A stretch of DNA of 64,000 nt from Rhynchobatus australiae (lineage: Eukaryota). The translations under genes were made by a program, and so were the position numbers. This document shows, piece by piece, positions 24,588 to 37,625 of the stretch; position 1 is the first letter of the stretch, and the number at the start of each line of letters is the position of its first letter. The stretch covers positions 5,312,764 through 5,376,763 of the forward strand of contig JAUZTB010000074.1 of the NCBI GenBank assembly GCA_034780895.1, given 5' to 3'. Under the pieces are notes generated by a model that saw only the letters and a list, made by a program, of their open reading frames with translations, ran no database searches and was not told the origin of the DNA.

Positions 24588-25781
24588 ATTATTCCTTTAG
24601 TAAAACCATGTTTTTCTACCTGGTCTTCTTGCACTTTTAAAGAAGTTCATTAATAATAGATTCCAGCATTTCCCCAATAACTGATGTTAGCCTAACTGGT
24701 TTGTAGTTCCCTGTTTTCTCTCTTCTTAAATAATGTTGTTACATTTACTGTTTTTGAATTGACTGAAAACAAGTATTGGAAAGTTTGAAAGTTGACATTC
24801 AATGAATTCAACATAGCTGAAGTGCCCTCTTTTAGGAGCACCTCTTCCATTGACTTGTTTTACTCCAGGTTACCTACTACTTTTGTTATGTTTTTTTTCC
24901 AACCATGAAGACCAGATACAAAATATTAGTTTAACTTCTAGTCGTTTCCTCTTTACCAACACGTGGAGGCTCTCACAATTTGTTTTTCCATTTCTTCCTA
25001 CTTTACATTCTCCCTCTTTAACATTCTTATAGTTATTTTTTATTTGTTTCTAAAATCCTCACAAACCCCACATGTACATTTAACCTACTGTGGTTAAATT
25101 TAAATGGATTGCTATTCTCATTATTTCTGGAATGAAATATATTTTCATTGAGAATTAGGAAATATTTGTCTGCCATTGCTTATCTACTGTCATACCTTCT
25201 GTTTAATTTCTCAATTTATTTTACCCAACCAGCCCTCCATATTTATGTAGATGACTTCACTTAACCTTAAGACATCTAATTTTTCACTTAAATTTGTCAC
25301 TCTCAGACAGAATGTGAAATATTATTAATTAATCCCACCTCACCGTACATGTCCAGATCTAGAAATGCCTTTTCTCCATTAGGGTCCACAATGTTTTGTT
25401 TGAGGAAACTCTCTCTTGACCACATCCCATGAACTCAACCTCAAAACCATTAATTCCATTGCCTGGGAGATTAAAATCCCCCATGATTATTGTATTAACT
25501 TTGTTACAAGCCCTCATTATTTATCTGTATGGAAGGTTCCTTTTCAATTAATAATCTCCATTGGGGTTACTGAATTCAACAAGTGTAACCTACCAAGAGG
25601 TGGGTGAAGGTGAAGAATCCAGGCTCATTACGTACTGACAATTAAAGCTGCCAAAACTGTTCATAATTTTGAATTCCTCTTTGAAACCTTCTGTGAACTT
25701 ATTCTGCTTTCATGAGAAGAATCTCAGCTTTTCTAGATAACAGATATTTTTTAATTTAATGGAGACAGAAGAGAATCTGGT

Positions 25782-25940
25782 GCAACACACAAAGTGCTGG
25801 GGGAGGTAGGCAGGTCAGGCAGCATCTGTGGAGGGAAATGGACAGTCCAGATGAAGGGTCTCAACCCAAAACATTGACTGTCTATTTCCCTTCATAGATG
25901 CTGCCTGACCTACTGAGTTCTTCCATCACTTTGTGGGTGG
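25782..25940. mobile_element. Palindromic Penelope-derived element
   Basis: Inverted arms (gctgg...aggtcaggcagcatctgtggagggaaatggacagtc / gactgtctatttcccttcatagatgctgcctgacct) around the core ccagatgaagggtctcaacccaaaac. Confidence 0.7.
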
Positions 25941-26515
25941 TTTTTAAATTTAATGGTCATCGTTTTACCTGGCCTGGTTACATTCTGCACCATTAATGTG
26001 CCAAACTAACTACACTGAAGGATTACCCTCCAAAATTAACATTGTTGTGAGCAGGAACTCCTTGGGGTAATGAGCAAAAGCCTACCTTGGATATCTCCAA
26101 CACTTGTCCATCTGGGATGACTATGCATCAATAAAAAGAATAACTCTATATATGGTGGGTCCTAAGGTCCACAGTTCAATCGTTAACCTCTATTGACTTT
26201 GTTCAACCAAAATCAGAAGGTTGGGGAAATTTTCCACAGCTCCTGTTGTGTTAGCTGGCAGAAAGTGTGCCTGTACAAGGTGTTGGGAGATAGTGAAGCT
26301 TACTGCGATGCCCTCTATGGGGGAATAGCATGCAGAAACTTGTTCTCAAACCCACTTTGCTGCAAAGGGAATTATTTAGCAAAATTTCAGCTTTGTAACA
26401 GTCATCAAGTAAAAACATTGACGGAATATTCTCAGGAGGAGGGAATAACCTCGAGGGATTTTCATAGCATGCATTATCCCATTGTGATCTAATATGTGGT
26501 ACTCTGTTTTAATAG

Positions 26516-26577
26516 GAAAGACAAGGAACAGTTTTTATACTTCATGAAGGGAACAAGAGGGACCGCCTAGGGATGGT
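26516..26577 (+). CDS. IQCH: IQCH internal exon
   Basis: aatag/gtaagt boundaries, 62 nt, phase 0 to 2. [20 protein letters not shown] resembles [20 protein letters not shown]. Confidence 0.92.
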
Positions 26578-26991
26578 GTAAGTTTGCCATTTAAACCCCC
26601 ACCTCCAAACAAGTTTCCATTCAAGGAACAAGCTATGCTCAGCGATCATTCAATTCACTTAAGTAATTTGCATGTTGGGGATACAGTGCTTGTTTTGGAA
26701 GAGCATTAGAGACTTTTCCTAACTGTGTGGACTACCATTTTGGTATCCAGTTGATTTAACCTATTGCTTTTCAATGGTGTATGATTAATAAAGTATATTT
26801 ATTGCACAAATCCTTCAGTTGACATGTAAAAATAGTACCTCATCTTTCATATTTCCCAGAAGATTTGTGCCCCGCGAGAATGAAAATACTCATTAAATTC
26901 CATCAGCATTTCCCCGAAATGAGACTGTGATTGTTTTTAAGCATGTAAAGGGAATCATTAGTAAACTCATTTGTTTGTATATCATTAACAG

Positions 26992-27100
26992 AACAATCGG
27001 AGAAGATCTCCAGGGGGCTCTACTGACCTTTGCTCGTAATCTCTCTGTCATTCATCAGGAAATAACAGCACCTAATGTGCATTGGGAGAACAATTTTCAG
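26992..27100 (+). CDS. IQCH: IQCH penultimate coding exon
   Basis: taacag/gtgagg boundaries, 109 nt, phase 2 to 0, completing the split Val codon. Reads [36 protein letters not shown]. Confidence 0.93.
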
Positions 27101-27319
27101 GTGAGGCATTAATTAACTAATGTTTCCCTGTTAATTTTTGTACAGTTTATTAACATAGAAATGTTTTAAGATTGCACAGTGATTGGAAACAAGGTGTCAC
27201 TCAAGATTTTGTCAACTATCATAACTCCACACCTTAGTTAAAATCACAGTTTGCGTGCTGTTATGAAGCAAATATAAGATGGAGATGAATTTCAGCAAGC
27301 AGCCAGGTTTCAGAAGGAT

Positions 27320-27600
27320 GCTCTATGGTCCCTCTTCATTGACAGAGTCAAAGGCATTTGTGAGGTCAAAAAAAGGCCATGTATGATGGTTGACATTGCT
27401 CTTGGAGGAAGTGTGCAATGAAGATGATGTCCATCGTGCCTCTGCGTGATCAGATTCCACACTCGGACATGGGGAACAGCTCTCCAGCCACTGGGAGGAG
27501 GCAGATGAGGAAGACCCTGGTGATGACTTTCCCTGTGGCAGACATCTGTGAGACCTCTCTATACTCACCACAGTTGGATTTGTATCTGCTCTTGAAGACA
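27320..27600 (-). mobile_element. RTE-clade LINE RT fragment
   Basis: Minus-strand FFDLTNAFDSVNEEG matches the FxDLTKAFDSVNRE motif. Confidence 0.6.
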
Positions 27601-27639
27601 GTTAGTACAAATATTACATGAACATAGAAGGAAAATTAA

Positions 27640-30570
27640 GTCTCCAGACATCTGGGAGGAACGAGAGGCTGGATTGCATCCATTTTAATGCAAGAGTCAA
27701 CAGGTAAAGTTGATAAACTGAGTTAATGAACATTAAATTGATGTATTTAATGTTTGGGAATACAATATTGTTGCTACCATGGAGATGTGGTTGGAAGAAG
27801 GGCAGGACTGACAAATCAATGTTCCAGGGTATAGAATTTTCAGTCAGAACAGGGTGCTTGTGGAAAAAAAAAGAGATGGCATTGCAATATTAATCAAGGC
27901 GTCCATTACTGCATTAAGGATGATGAATATACCAGTTGGTTCTTCAAATGAGGACAAATGGGTGAAGCCTAGAAACAAAAATGGTGGGAGTAATCACTGA
28001 TGGGGGAGTATGACAGGCAGGAGATGGAGGAGCAGATATGTTGGCAAATCAGAGAATTACAAAAATAATATNNNNNNNNNNAGTAAGGGATTTCAACTCT
28101 TTACCAATAGTAATTGGGTTTGCCTTACTGAAAACCCAGAAGTCAGCTGAATTTTTCATATATTCGGGACAGATATAGAGCCAATACACAGATGGACCTG
28201 TTCAGGAAAGAGTGATACAGATTTAATGTTAAGGTAGGTAGCTGGGCAAGTGAAGATAGTGTCAGAGGAAGAATGTTTCAGAGATAGTAACCTTAACAAC
28301 CTTAAAACTTACATAGTTATGAAGAAGGACAGGAGAGACTGGAGATTAAAGGTGGAAGGTTGATTTCAATATAATAAGACAGGACCCAGCAGAAGTGGGC
28401 GAGGAACAGCTACATGTAGGCAAATCNNNNNNNNNNAAAATGAAATAGTTTGAAAGTTCAGGGTCAATGTAAGGCCAACAAGTCTAAGGAGCCCTGCATG
28501 TCAAGGGACTTCAAGGTTTGGATGAAAGGGAGAAGAGGTAGCTTGTGGCAGGTTTAGAGTTCTGAAAATAGGTGAGGCCCTCTGGAGGTTAGAATATATA
28601 GAGGGACTGGCTGCTTAAAAAAGAATGAGGAGGATGAAGAGGTGCCACAAAATAGCATTGGCAGGCAAGATTAAGTAAAACCCCAAAGTCTTTGTAAGTA
28701 TATTAAGAGCAAGAATAATGTAACTAAGGAAAGATTAGGGACCAAAGTAGCATCTGTGTGTGGAGCCAGAGGACGTAGATGAGGTCTTAAATGAATACCT
28801 CTTGTGTGGACTCACTGAGGAGAAGGACATTGTTGTTGGAGAATTCGGGGGCGGGTTGGTGGAAGTCTAGATAAATTGCAACTGAAAAGGAGATATTAGA
28901 TGTCTTAGTGAATTTAAAGGTTGGTACATCCACAGCGCCTAATGTCAGGAGATTGCTGGAACCCTGATAAATTTTCTCAGGCACAAAAGAGACATCAGAT
29001 GGCTGGAGGATAGTGAACGTAGTATCTTTATTCAAGAAGAGCAGCAGGGAAAGCCAGGTAATTATGGGCCAGTGCATCTAACATTAGTGGTAGGGAAGTT
29101 ATGGAAAANNNNNNNNNNGTGAGGATTAATTTGCATGTGGAGGCAGGGATTGATCAAGGCTAGTCAGCATGGTTTTAAGGGGAGATCCTGTCTGATTGAG
29201 TTGATTGGATTTTCTGAGGAAGAAACAAAGTGGAGGCACAGGAGACTGCAGATGCTGGAATCTGGAGCAACAAACAAACTCAGCAGGTTGAGCAGCATCT
29301 GTGGGAGGAAAGGAATTGATGCAGGGTTTTGACCCGAAACGTCGACAATTCCTTTCNNNNNNNNNNNNNNNNNNNNNNNNNNNNNNNNNNNNNNNNNNNN
29401 NNNNNNNNNNNNNNNNNNNNNNNNNNNNNNNNNNNNNNNNNNNNNNNNNNNNNNNNAGGTCTTTGACATGATTCCATGTGGGAGGCTGGTCCAATAGGTA
29501 AGAGCCCATGGAATCCAGGTCAGTCTGACAAATTGCATCTGAAGTTGGCAGAGGGTGATAGTCAAGAATTGCTTATCTATTTGGAAGCTTGAGATGTATG
29601 GTGTACCACAGTGCTGGAACCTTTGCTTGTTATGTACATTAACAATCTGGATACAAATCCAGAAGTATGATTATCAAGTTCACAGATGACAAGAGGATTT
29701 GTGGTGTTGTTGATAATGAGGAGGGTAGTCTTTGGCTCCAGAACAATATTAATCAGTTGGTAAAATAGACAGAGAAATATCAGATGGAACTTAAACCTGA
29801 AAAATGTGGGGAGATACATTTTGGGAGGACCAATTAGGCTAGGATATAAAGAATGAGTGGTGGGACCCTCAGAGGTACTGAAGACCTTAGTGTCCATGTC
29901 CAAGGATCCCTGAAGGCAGCAGTACAGGTAGACAAGGTGGTTAAGGAGGTGCATGAAATACCTGCCTTCATAAGCCAGGGTGTAGAATGTAACATCAGGG
30001 TAGTCATGGTATATTGTATAAATCATTAGCTGGGCCACAGTTGGAGTATTGTACGTAGTTGTGTTACCACATTACAGGAAGGATGTGATTGATGCACTAG
30101 AGAGGGTGCAGAGGAGGCTCACCAGGACATTGCCTGGGATGGAGTGTTTCAGCTGGGATGGAGACTGAATAGCTTGGGTTTGTTTCCTTTGGAAATGGAA
30201 GAGGATGAAGGAGGACCTGATCAAGATTTACAAAGATGGATCGGATTATTGGTGAGAAATTTTTCCCCTTAGCAGGAGTGTCAAAGACCAGAGAGCATAG
30301 GTTTAAGGGAAGGTTAAGGAGATTTAGATGGGTTTGAGAAAAAAAATCTCATCTGGTATTGTTGAAAGCTGGAAGGCGCTGCCTGAGGGGCGGTGGTAGC
30401 AGAGGCCCTCACAACGTTTAACTATTTAGATGAACACTTGGATCACCATGGCATAAGGTGGCTCTGGGCCAGTGCTGAGAAATGGGACTTGTACAAGTGG
30501 CTACTTCATGGTCAACATGTGCACAATGGGCCGACAGTCACTTTCCATGTTGTTAGACTCTATGATCATA
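27640..30570 (+). mobile_element. Decayed CR1 LINE spanning most of ORF2 (endonuclease, RT, tail)
   Basis: Endonuclease remnants near 27760-27900 and GDFN near 28087, SQHGFKGRSCLIELIGF, RT motif aagttcacagatgac, ERVQRR region near 30100, and a CR1 tail. A Penelope-derived element is nested at about 29225. Confidence 0.85.
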
Positions 30571-30699
30571 GTGTTTCCGAGGTCCCCTGGCACATCCTCC
30601 TCTCTCTCAGCTGGGAAGAAGAGATTGTGAATTTGTGACTGAAGTTTCTCTCCATTTTCTCCCACGGCATTGTCATTTTTTCCAGTTGGCCTTTTTGAC

Positions 30700-31880
30700 T
30701 TCTTGTCAGTCAAGGTGACAGTGGAGCAGAACTGAATAGTTTGCTATGAAACAGGGTGACAAGCACTGATTCTTCACGGCATCATTTTCAGTGGGCCCAC
30801 AACACAATCTCAGTGCAGACTGATGTCAAACAAAGCTCTGTAATCATCCAATAGTTTTCTCATAATTTCTTGCTGCAATACTTCACCCCATCTCTAATGA
30901 GCATCTTACTGGAGTGGATCTAATCTACAGAACAAATGGGGAACTATTAAGCTAATGTTACCTCCACTCAATGTCATTCCAACATTACTCACGGCACTAC
31001 AGTATGGAGACAATACTTGCCCGTGACTTAGATAGACCAAGGCATTGTTGACTGGTTCATTTAAACACATGAGAAAAGGACCTGAATAAGATCTCTACTC
31101 CTGATGTAAAGCACAGTCCTCCAATAATAAGTGTGGCCCTCGAAAACTCAGACCACTTCTCAAGTCTCAAAGGTGGACATCAGTGATGAGATTCACCATC
31201 ACCTCTATGGTGGCAACACAGCCTTTGGCCATCTGCAGAAGTGTCTGGACATCAACACCCATGTAAAAGCTCCAGGTTTACCATGCCGCAGTGATCCCTG
31301 CCTTCCATATATTTTTGAGATGTGGACTACCTACATAAGGCACCTCACATACTGGAGAGATATCATCAACACTGTCTCTGCATAACCCTAAACCTACTGG
31401 CAGGATAAGTGAACAAACATCACCATCCTCTGAGGCCAACATCCCCGATTATGTTTGGGCCACATCTATCATTGGTCTGACTTCAGAGACATGAGATAAA
31501 TCCTCTTTTCTGAGCTCTGTCACAGCAAGAGATTCCCAAGTGGACAAAGAAAGAGGTTCATGGATATTCTCAAAACCCTACTTGAAAATGTGTAGCATGT
31601 CCACATGTCTCCTTAGCTTCTGGAATCAAAATGGAGAACGAGCATTTGGGATGGCATTGAGAACTTTAATCCATTCATCACGAGCACGCACTGGCCCGGC
31701 GTAAGTGGCAGAGAGAGTGCACCACCTTCCAAATCAACAACCTGTCCTGTCAAGCACTCCTGCCCCACCCATGCCAGAATCTGTGGTTCCCATGCTGACT
31801 TCATCAGCCACCTCAGAAACTACAGAACTGGGTGTGGAAGCAAGTCGTCCTGCACGCTGAGGGGCTGTCGTAAGAGGAAC
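30700..31880 (+). mobile_element. RTE/BovB-like LINE, decayed 3' half
   Basis: SKVDISDEIHHHLYGGNTAFGHLQK resembles the RTE DIDDEIxxRLxxASxAFGRLRK motif. A C-terminal zinc-finger-like region and 3' UTR ggaagcaagtcgtcctgcacgctgaggg follow. Confidence 0.7.
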
Positions 31881-32041
31881 AAGCAGCACTTGGTCACTGA
31901 GATCCCGTTCACCAGATCAGCAATAAGAATTTTGTTAATTGTTCATACATTCTCATTACTACATTCCTCTGTGTTCCTTGCAGGGCAAGATTTGCATTAA
32001 AACAGTAGTTTGTTATGAATGTACTAAGCATCTGTACAATA

Positions 32042-32139
32042 CTTTGTCTTGGGACCTTACAGCCTAACGGCATGAACATCGAATTCTCCCATTTTAAGTA
32101 AACAAACACCCCCCCCACCGTGCATCTTCTTTTCTTCCC
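32042..32139 (+). mobile_element. Penelope ORF extreme C-terminus running into an assembly gap
   Basis: LCLGTLQPNGMNIEFSHFK* at 32042-32101. Confidence 0.75.
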
Positions 32140-33621
32140 NNNNNNNNNNNNNNNNNNNNNNNNNNNNNNNNNNNNNNNNNNNNNNNNNNNNNNNNNNNNN
32201 NNNNNNNNNNNNNNNNNNNNNNNNNNNNNNNNNNNNNNNNNNNNNNNNNNNNNNNNNNNNNNNNNNNNNNNNNNNNNNNNNNNNNNNNNNNNNNNNNNNN
32301 NNNNNNNNNNNNNNNNNNNNNNNNNNNNNNNNNNNNNNNNNNNNNNNNNNNNNNNNNNNNNNNNNNNNNNNNNNNNNNNNNNNNNNNNNNNNNNNNNNNN
32401 NNNNNNNNNNNNNNNNNNNNNNNNNNNNNNNNNNNNNNNNNNNNNNNNNNNNNNNNNNNNNNNNNNNNNNNNNNNNNNNNNNNNNNNNNNNNNNNNNNNN
32501 NNNNNNNNNNNNNNNNNNNNNNNNNNNNNNNNNNNNNNNNNNNNNNNNNNNNNNNNNNNNNNNNNNNNNNNNNNNNNNNNNNNNNNNNNNNNNNNNNNNN
32601 NNNNNNNNNNNNNNNNNNNNNNNNNNNNNNNNNNNNNNNNNNNNNNNNNNNNNNNNNNNNNNNNNNNNNNNNNNNNNNNNNNNNNNNNNNNNNNNNNNNN
32701 NNNNNNNNNNNNNNNNNNNNNNNNNNNNNNNNNNNNNNNNNNNNNNNNNNNNNNNNNNNNNNNNNNNNNNNNNNNNNNNNNNNNNNNNNNNNNNNNNNNN
32801 NNNNNNNNNNNNNNNNNNNNNNNNNNNNNNNNNNNNNNNNNNNNNNNNNNNNNNNNNNNNNNNNNNNNNNNNNNNNNNNNNNNNNNNNNNNNNNNNNNNN
32901 NNNNNNNNNNNNNNNNNNNNNNNNNNNNNNNNNNNNNNNNNNNNNNNNNNNNNNNNNNNNNNNNNNNNNNNNNNNNNNNNNNNNNNNNNNNNNNNNNNNN
33001 NNNNNNNNNNNNNNNNNNNNNNNNNNNNNNNNNNNNNNNNNNNNNNNNNNNNNNNNNNNNNNNNNNNNNNNNNNNNNNNNNNNNNNNNNNNNNNNNNNNN
33101 NNNNNNNNNNNNNNNNNNNNNNNNNNNNNNNNNNNNNAAGGCTGCTCCAGGGGAAGCAGTTAATGGTGCGGGGAGATTGCACCACTGGGACGGAACAGGC
33201 TTTTGGTACCAGCTTATCTTTTCTTGTTAAGCTTGTTCTTTTTAAGCACATATCTATGAAAAATAATAATTTAGAAGTTTAGCTACATGTTTATCTTCAT
33301 TTATAATACTACCACATTTTTTCCCCTACAAACAACCCTGGACGTGTTACTGGCATCGAAGCAGTCCAGTTATCCTTAGGTGACCTGATTCAGGAAGGGA
33401 GAATCTACCAGCAGTCCATTTTCTCTGCTCATTGTATTGTCTGGCCAATTATTTGACTTCTTTGAGATTAATACAGGGGCAAGGAAGTTTACATAAGGAT
33501 TTCAGAAAGAAGAAATTGTTCAGTGAAAGTTTTACTGATGCAATGATGATTTGAGACAATTAAAAATATCTTTTGATGAGTACAGTGTGACAAAGCAGCT
33601 TAACACATGTTCATTTTACAG

Positions 33622-33729
33622 GCAGCGATTAAAGATATTGAAGTAATCCTTGGAGTTACAATAGTGAACAAATCCAAAGAAGATCGTTCAGCCCCTCTAT
33701 TAGAAGAGCCTAATTCAGAGCAACTCTAG
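33622..33729 (+). CDS. IQCH: IQCH terminal coding exon
   Basis: ttttacag acceptor. AAIKDIEVILGVTIVNKSKEDRSAPLLEEPNSEQL* resembles human TIADIETILRVTKENK. Stop TAG at 33727-33729. Confidence 0.88.
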   Translation, partial: AAIKDIEVILGVTIVNKSKEDRSAPLLEEPNSEQL

Positions 33730-36700
33730 ATAATTGACTGTGAATTACTTAACTCCAATTCTATCTCACTGGAATCCTGCTCTATTGTAAGCAATCCAAA
33801 GCAAAAGTCTAAATATGTTTCACTGTTGTAGCTTTGTATTCATGGAAGCAAAGGAAATCCACTCACATTGAACAGACTTTTTGAGCAAAGCGACAGAATT
33901 GTAGCATAAAATATGATTGGTAGTGTGTGGCATGCTTTGTACATGTTGAAATTCTTTCTGTGCACATCATGCAAAGATGCGAGGCTGATGTAAATTATCC
34001 TGCAACTTACAGTTGACATTACCTCTGTGAAAAATTGATTCCTATATATTCAGTTCTTGCACAGAAAATAGAATGGCAGCAGGAACTCTGCACCATGCTG
34101 GTTAGAAATATCACCAATTTCATTGTTGGCTGTCAGTTGAAGCAAAGCTTGTTGGAACCAGCCCATGCAGTTAAGTGCTGCAACAGTATAGGAGTTCATG
34201 AGTGTTTCTGATGCCAAGCATGCANNNNNNNNNNNNNNNNNNNNNNNNNNNNNNNNNNNNNNNNNNNNNNNNNNNNNNNNNNNNNNNNNNNNNNNNNNNN
34301 NNNNNNNNNNNNNNNNNNNNNNNNNNNNNNNNNNNNNNNNNNNNNNNNNNNNNNNNNNNNNNNNNNNNNNNNNNNNNNNNNNNNNNNNNNNNNNNNNNNN
34401 NNNNNNNNNNNNNNNNNNNNNNNNNNNNNNNNNNNNNNNNNNNNNNNNNNNNNNNNNNNNNNNNNNNNNNNNNNNNNNNNNNNNNNNNNNNNNNNNNNNN
34501 NNNNNNNNNNNNNNNNNNNNNNNNNNNNNNNNNNNNNNNNNNNNNNNNNNNNNNNNNNNNNNNNNNNNNNNNNNNNNNNNNNNNNNNNNNNNNNNNNNNN
34601 NNNNNNNNNNNNNNNNNNNNNNNNNNNNNNNNNNNNNNNNNNNNNNNNNNNNNNNNNNNNNNNNNNNNNNNNNNNNNNNNNNNNNNNNNNNNNNNNNNNN
34701 NNNNNNNNNNNNNNNNNNNNNNNNNNNNNNNNNNNNNNNNNNNNNNNNNNNNNNNNNNNNNNNNNNNNNNNNNNNNNNNNNNNNNNNNNNNNNNNNNNNN
34801 NNNNNNNNNNNNNNNNNNNNNNNNNNNNNNNNNNNNNNNNNNNNNNNNNNNNNNNNNNNNNNNNNNNNNNNNNNNNNNNNNNNNNNNNNNNNNNNNNNNN
34901 NNNNNNNNNNNNNNNNNNNNNNNNNNNNNNNNNNNNNNNNNNNNNNNNNNNNNNNNNNNNNNNNNNNNNNNNNNNNNNNNNNNNNNNNNNNNGTATCAGA
35001 GTATTATTCATGTAATTATAACAAGGAAGAAACACAGCTGATCCTATCTGGACCGTACTGTAGCATCTTCAATGGTTCAGTTTAACAACGTGGCCCTGGT
35101 GTTATTGTGGTAGGTAGAAATCAACCATCAGCTCACCCCCACCAATATTTCACGTCAAAATGACAGTGGCAAACAGAACATTGATACTCATATCTTACAT
35201 AGAACACATTCCCAATTTCTCCATTCTTTTATCATTCATTCTTTCTGGCAGGTTATTCTTGCAGTTTTTTTTCTTTGCTGCAGTAGTTATCAGACTTGTA
35301 CCTTCGATCAAAGATCTAATCTGTAAGAGTCACAAGAACTCTGTCTCACTCCCTAATGGGTACCAAAAGAACTAGAACATTCTATGGAGACCATAAGCAA
35401 TATTATCATTTCATTTTATGCCTCTTTTTATTACCATTAAACATCTTCACTAATTGAGCTGCATTAAAAAAAGAGGCACACAGGGGTTGCTGTCACTGTC
35501 CAAACCAGTGTCTTAGCAGTATTACTAGATTGCTCCAGTTAGTATCCATGTTTATAAATGGCAGGCAAATCCAAACTCTCAACAATGTCAACAGCTGGGT
35601 CCACTCAACAGGTTCCCAATATTGAGAAATCCTGGCACATTTAAATGGCTATATAAATGCAGTTTGCATTCACAGGTTTAGCACTGGACTGAAGTTATGC
35701 CATGCCCAATGAAAGTGTAGGCAGAGAGGTACAACTGAATGTACTCACCAAATTGTAGTATAACTCGTGCAAATAGAGTCTGACACTATGTTTAACAATN
35801 NNNNNNNNNNNNNNNNNNNNNNNNNNNNNNNNNNNNNNNNNNNNNNNNNNNNNNNNNNNNNNNNNNNNNNNNNNNNNNNNNNNNNNNNNNNNNNNNNNNA
35901 ACTGGGCACAGTTCTCCAGCTGTGACCCAGCCGGTGTCCGTACCGGTTCATCTCCTCCCTGCGTCGTGCCGAGTCTGTGAATCCTAGGGTCCCATCACTC
36001 CACCAACGCTCTCTACGTGTTGTGCCCCGTTCCAGGATTCACACACACGTAGACCCAGGTCCCTGCTCCCACACACCCTCCGCAACTGAGCCGTTGTGTT
36101 GTCCACTCATTCTCTGTGCCCTCACTTCCCTGAGCTACCTCCCACTCCCCTGCCCATTCCACCAGTGTCCCCCACACCCCACAGTGTCACTGACCCAGTT
36201 CACGCCACTGAGAATGTGTAACCAAGTGGCCCCACCCCTGCTCAAGGAGGCAAAAACAGTGCTGACCCTGGACACCCCACACACCGCTGGTCTGTCAACC
36301 AGTGATTCCAGGGCTGACTGACAGCCAGTGGCAAGCTTGCAGAGCTTGTTATAATGTTCAGGATTGTGCAGCAATTCAGATGAACAGAGTTCCCCTATAA
36401 CAACAAATTACTGAGTGGTTCACTCAGCAAATGAACCCTTTTCCCTGAACGAACCATTCTAATTACCTGAACTTTATTGTACGTTCTTTCATGGCAATTC
36501 TGTCTTGAGCTCCCAGGACTTTCAATTAGTAGCCATGGTCTCAAGCATAGACAACCACTCTGCAAAGACCAATATCAAAAATGTAATTTATGTTTAAAAA
36601 AAAGTAATATTAAGCTAAGTATTATTTCCTAGTGAACTGACCTTTTAGTGTTTTTCTAAATTAGATTTATTATTACTATTTTACTCATGAATTTGCAACA

Positions 36701-37349
36701 GAACTAAATGTATTTAAGGATTCAGCGACTTTGCAGTCACATTGCTTTCAATAGTACCTCTATGAAACAAAATGTTCTGCCTTGATTCCAGTAGCTCACA
36801 ATTACTTGCACTACCAGACATACATAGATGCATTAGATCTGGAGCTCTGGTGAAATATATTCACTGGAGTTTTTAAAATCACATGATCTCCTGCAGTCCT
36901 GTCCCCATTATCCCACTACTCTCCCAACAAACCTATCCTGATTTCCTATAGACCACTGGAAAAGGAAAAGACACTTCATTGTATATCTGCATGATTCTTG
37001 ACAGTTATAGCCTTTTTTAAAAAATATATCTTTAATGAACTGAAAAGTTCAATGCAAATTAATCTTCCAATGACTTTTTGTTCCTTGAGCTGTGTCTCCA
37101 GATTCCTGTACCTTATGTCTCCAGAGATGATGGTATTGGAACACAGTGGGTGCTCCTAGATGTATTCAGAGGTCAGGATTGTTAATCCTGGATATTTTCA
37201 GGCAGAGAATTGAAATTCAATAAATTCATTAAATTTAACATTTGAAGGTAGAATTAGTAATGATAGCCATGAAACTATTGGGTTGTCACAGAATCTCATC
37301 TGGTTTGTTACTACCTTCTTGGAAGAAAATCTGCTTTTTGGATACCAGT

Positions 37350-37625
37350 TAAGCCAAAGCCTTGTCAAGTGAAATAAAAGATCCTCTGGTTGTATTTGAA
37401 TAGCAGCAAAGGAGTGCTCCCAAATGTCATGAGCAATATTTTTTTTCTTCCACCAACATCATTAAAAGTGTCTGATTAATTATCTGTTTGTTGTCAGTGG
37501 AACCTTGCTGCGCACAATTTAGTTGTCGCCATGTTTTGCTACAACATAATGATACTTTCTTAAACATTATTTCGCCATCTGCAATGTACTGAGATTGTGA
37601 AAAGTGCTATATAAATGGAAGTTGT
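37350..37625 (+). mobile_element. Deu-domain SINE remnant
   Basis: Body taaaagatcc...atttgaa...gagtgctccc...caatatt...gtggaaccttgctgcgcacaattt and tail tgtgaaaagtgctatataaatggaagt. Confidence 0.6.

Noticed and set aside
32094-35085. Long ORFs of 279-385 aa (also those at 6898-7725)
   Set aside because: They consist almost entirely of N-gap codons.
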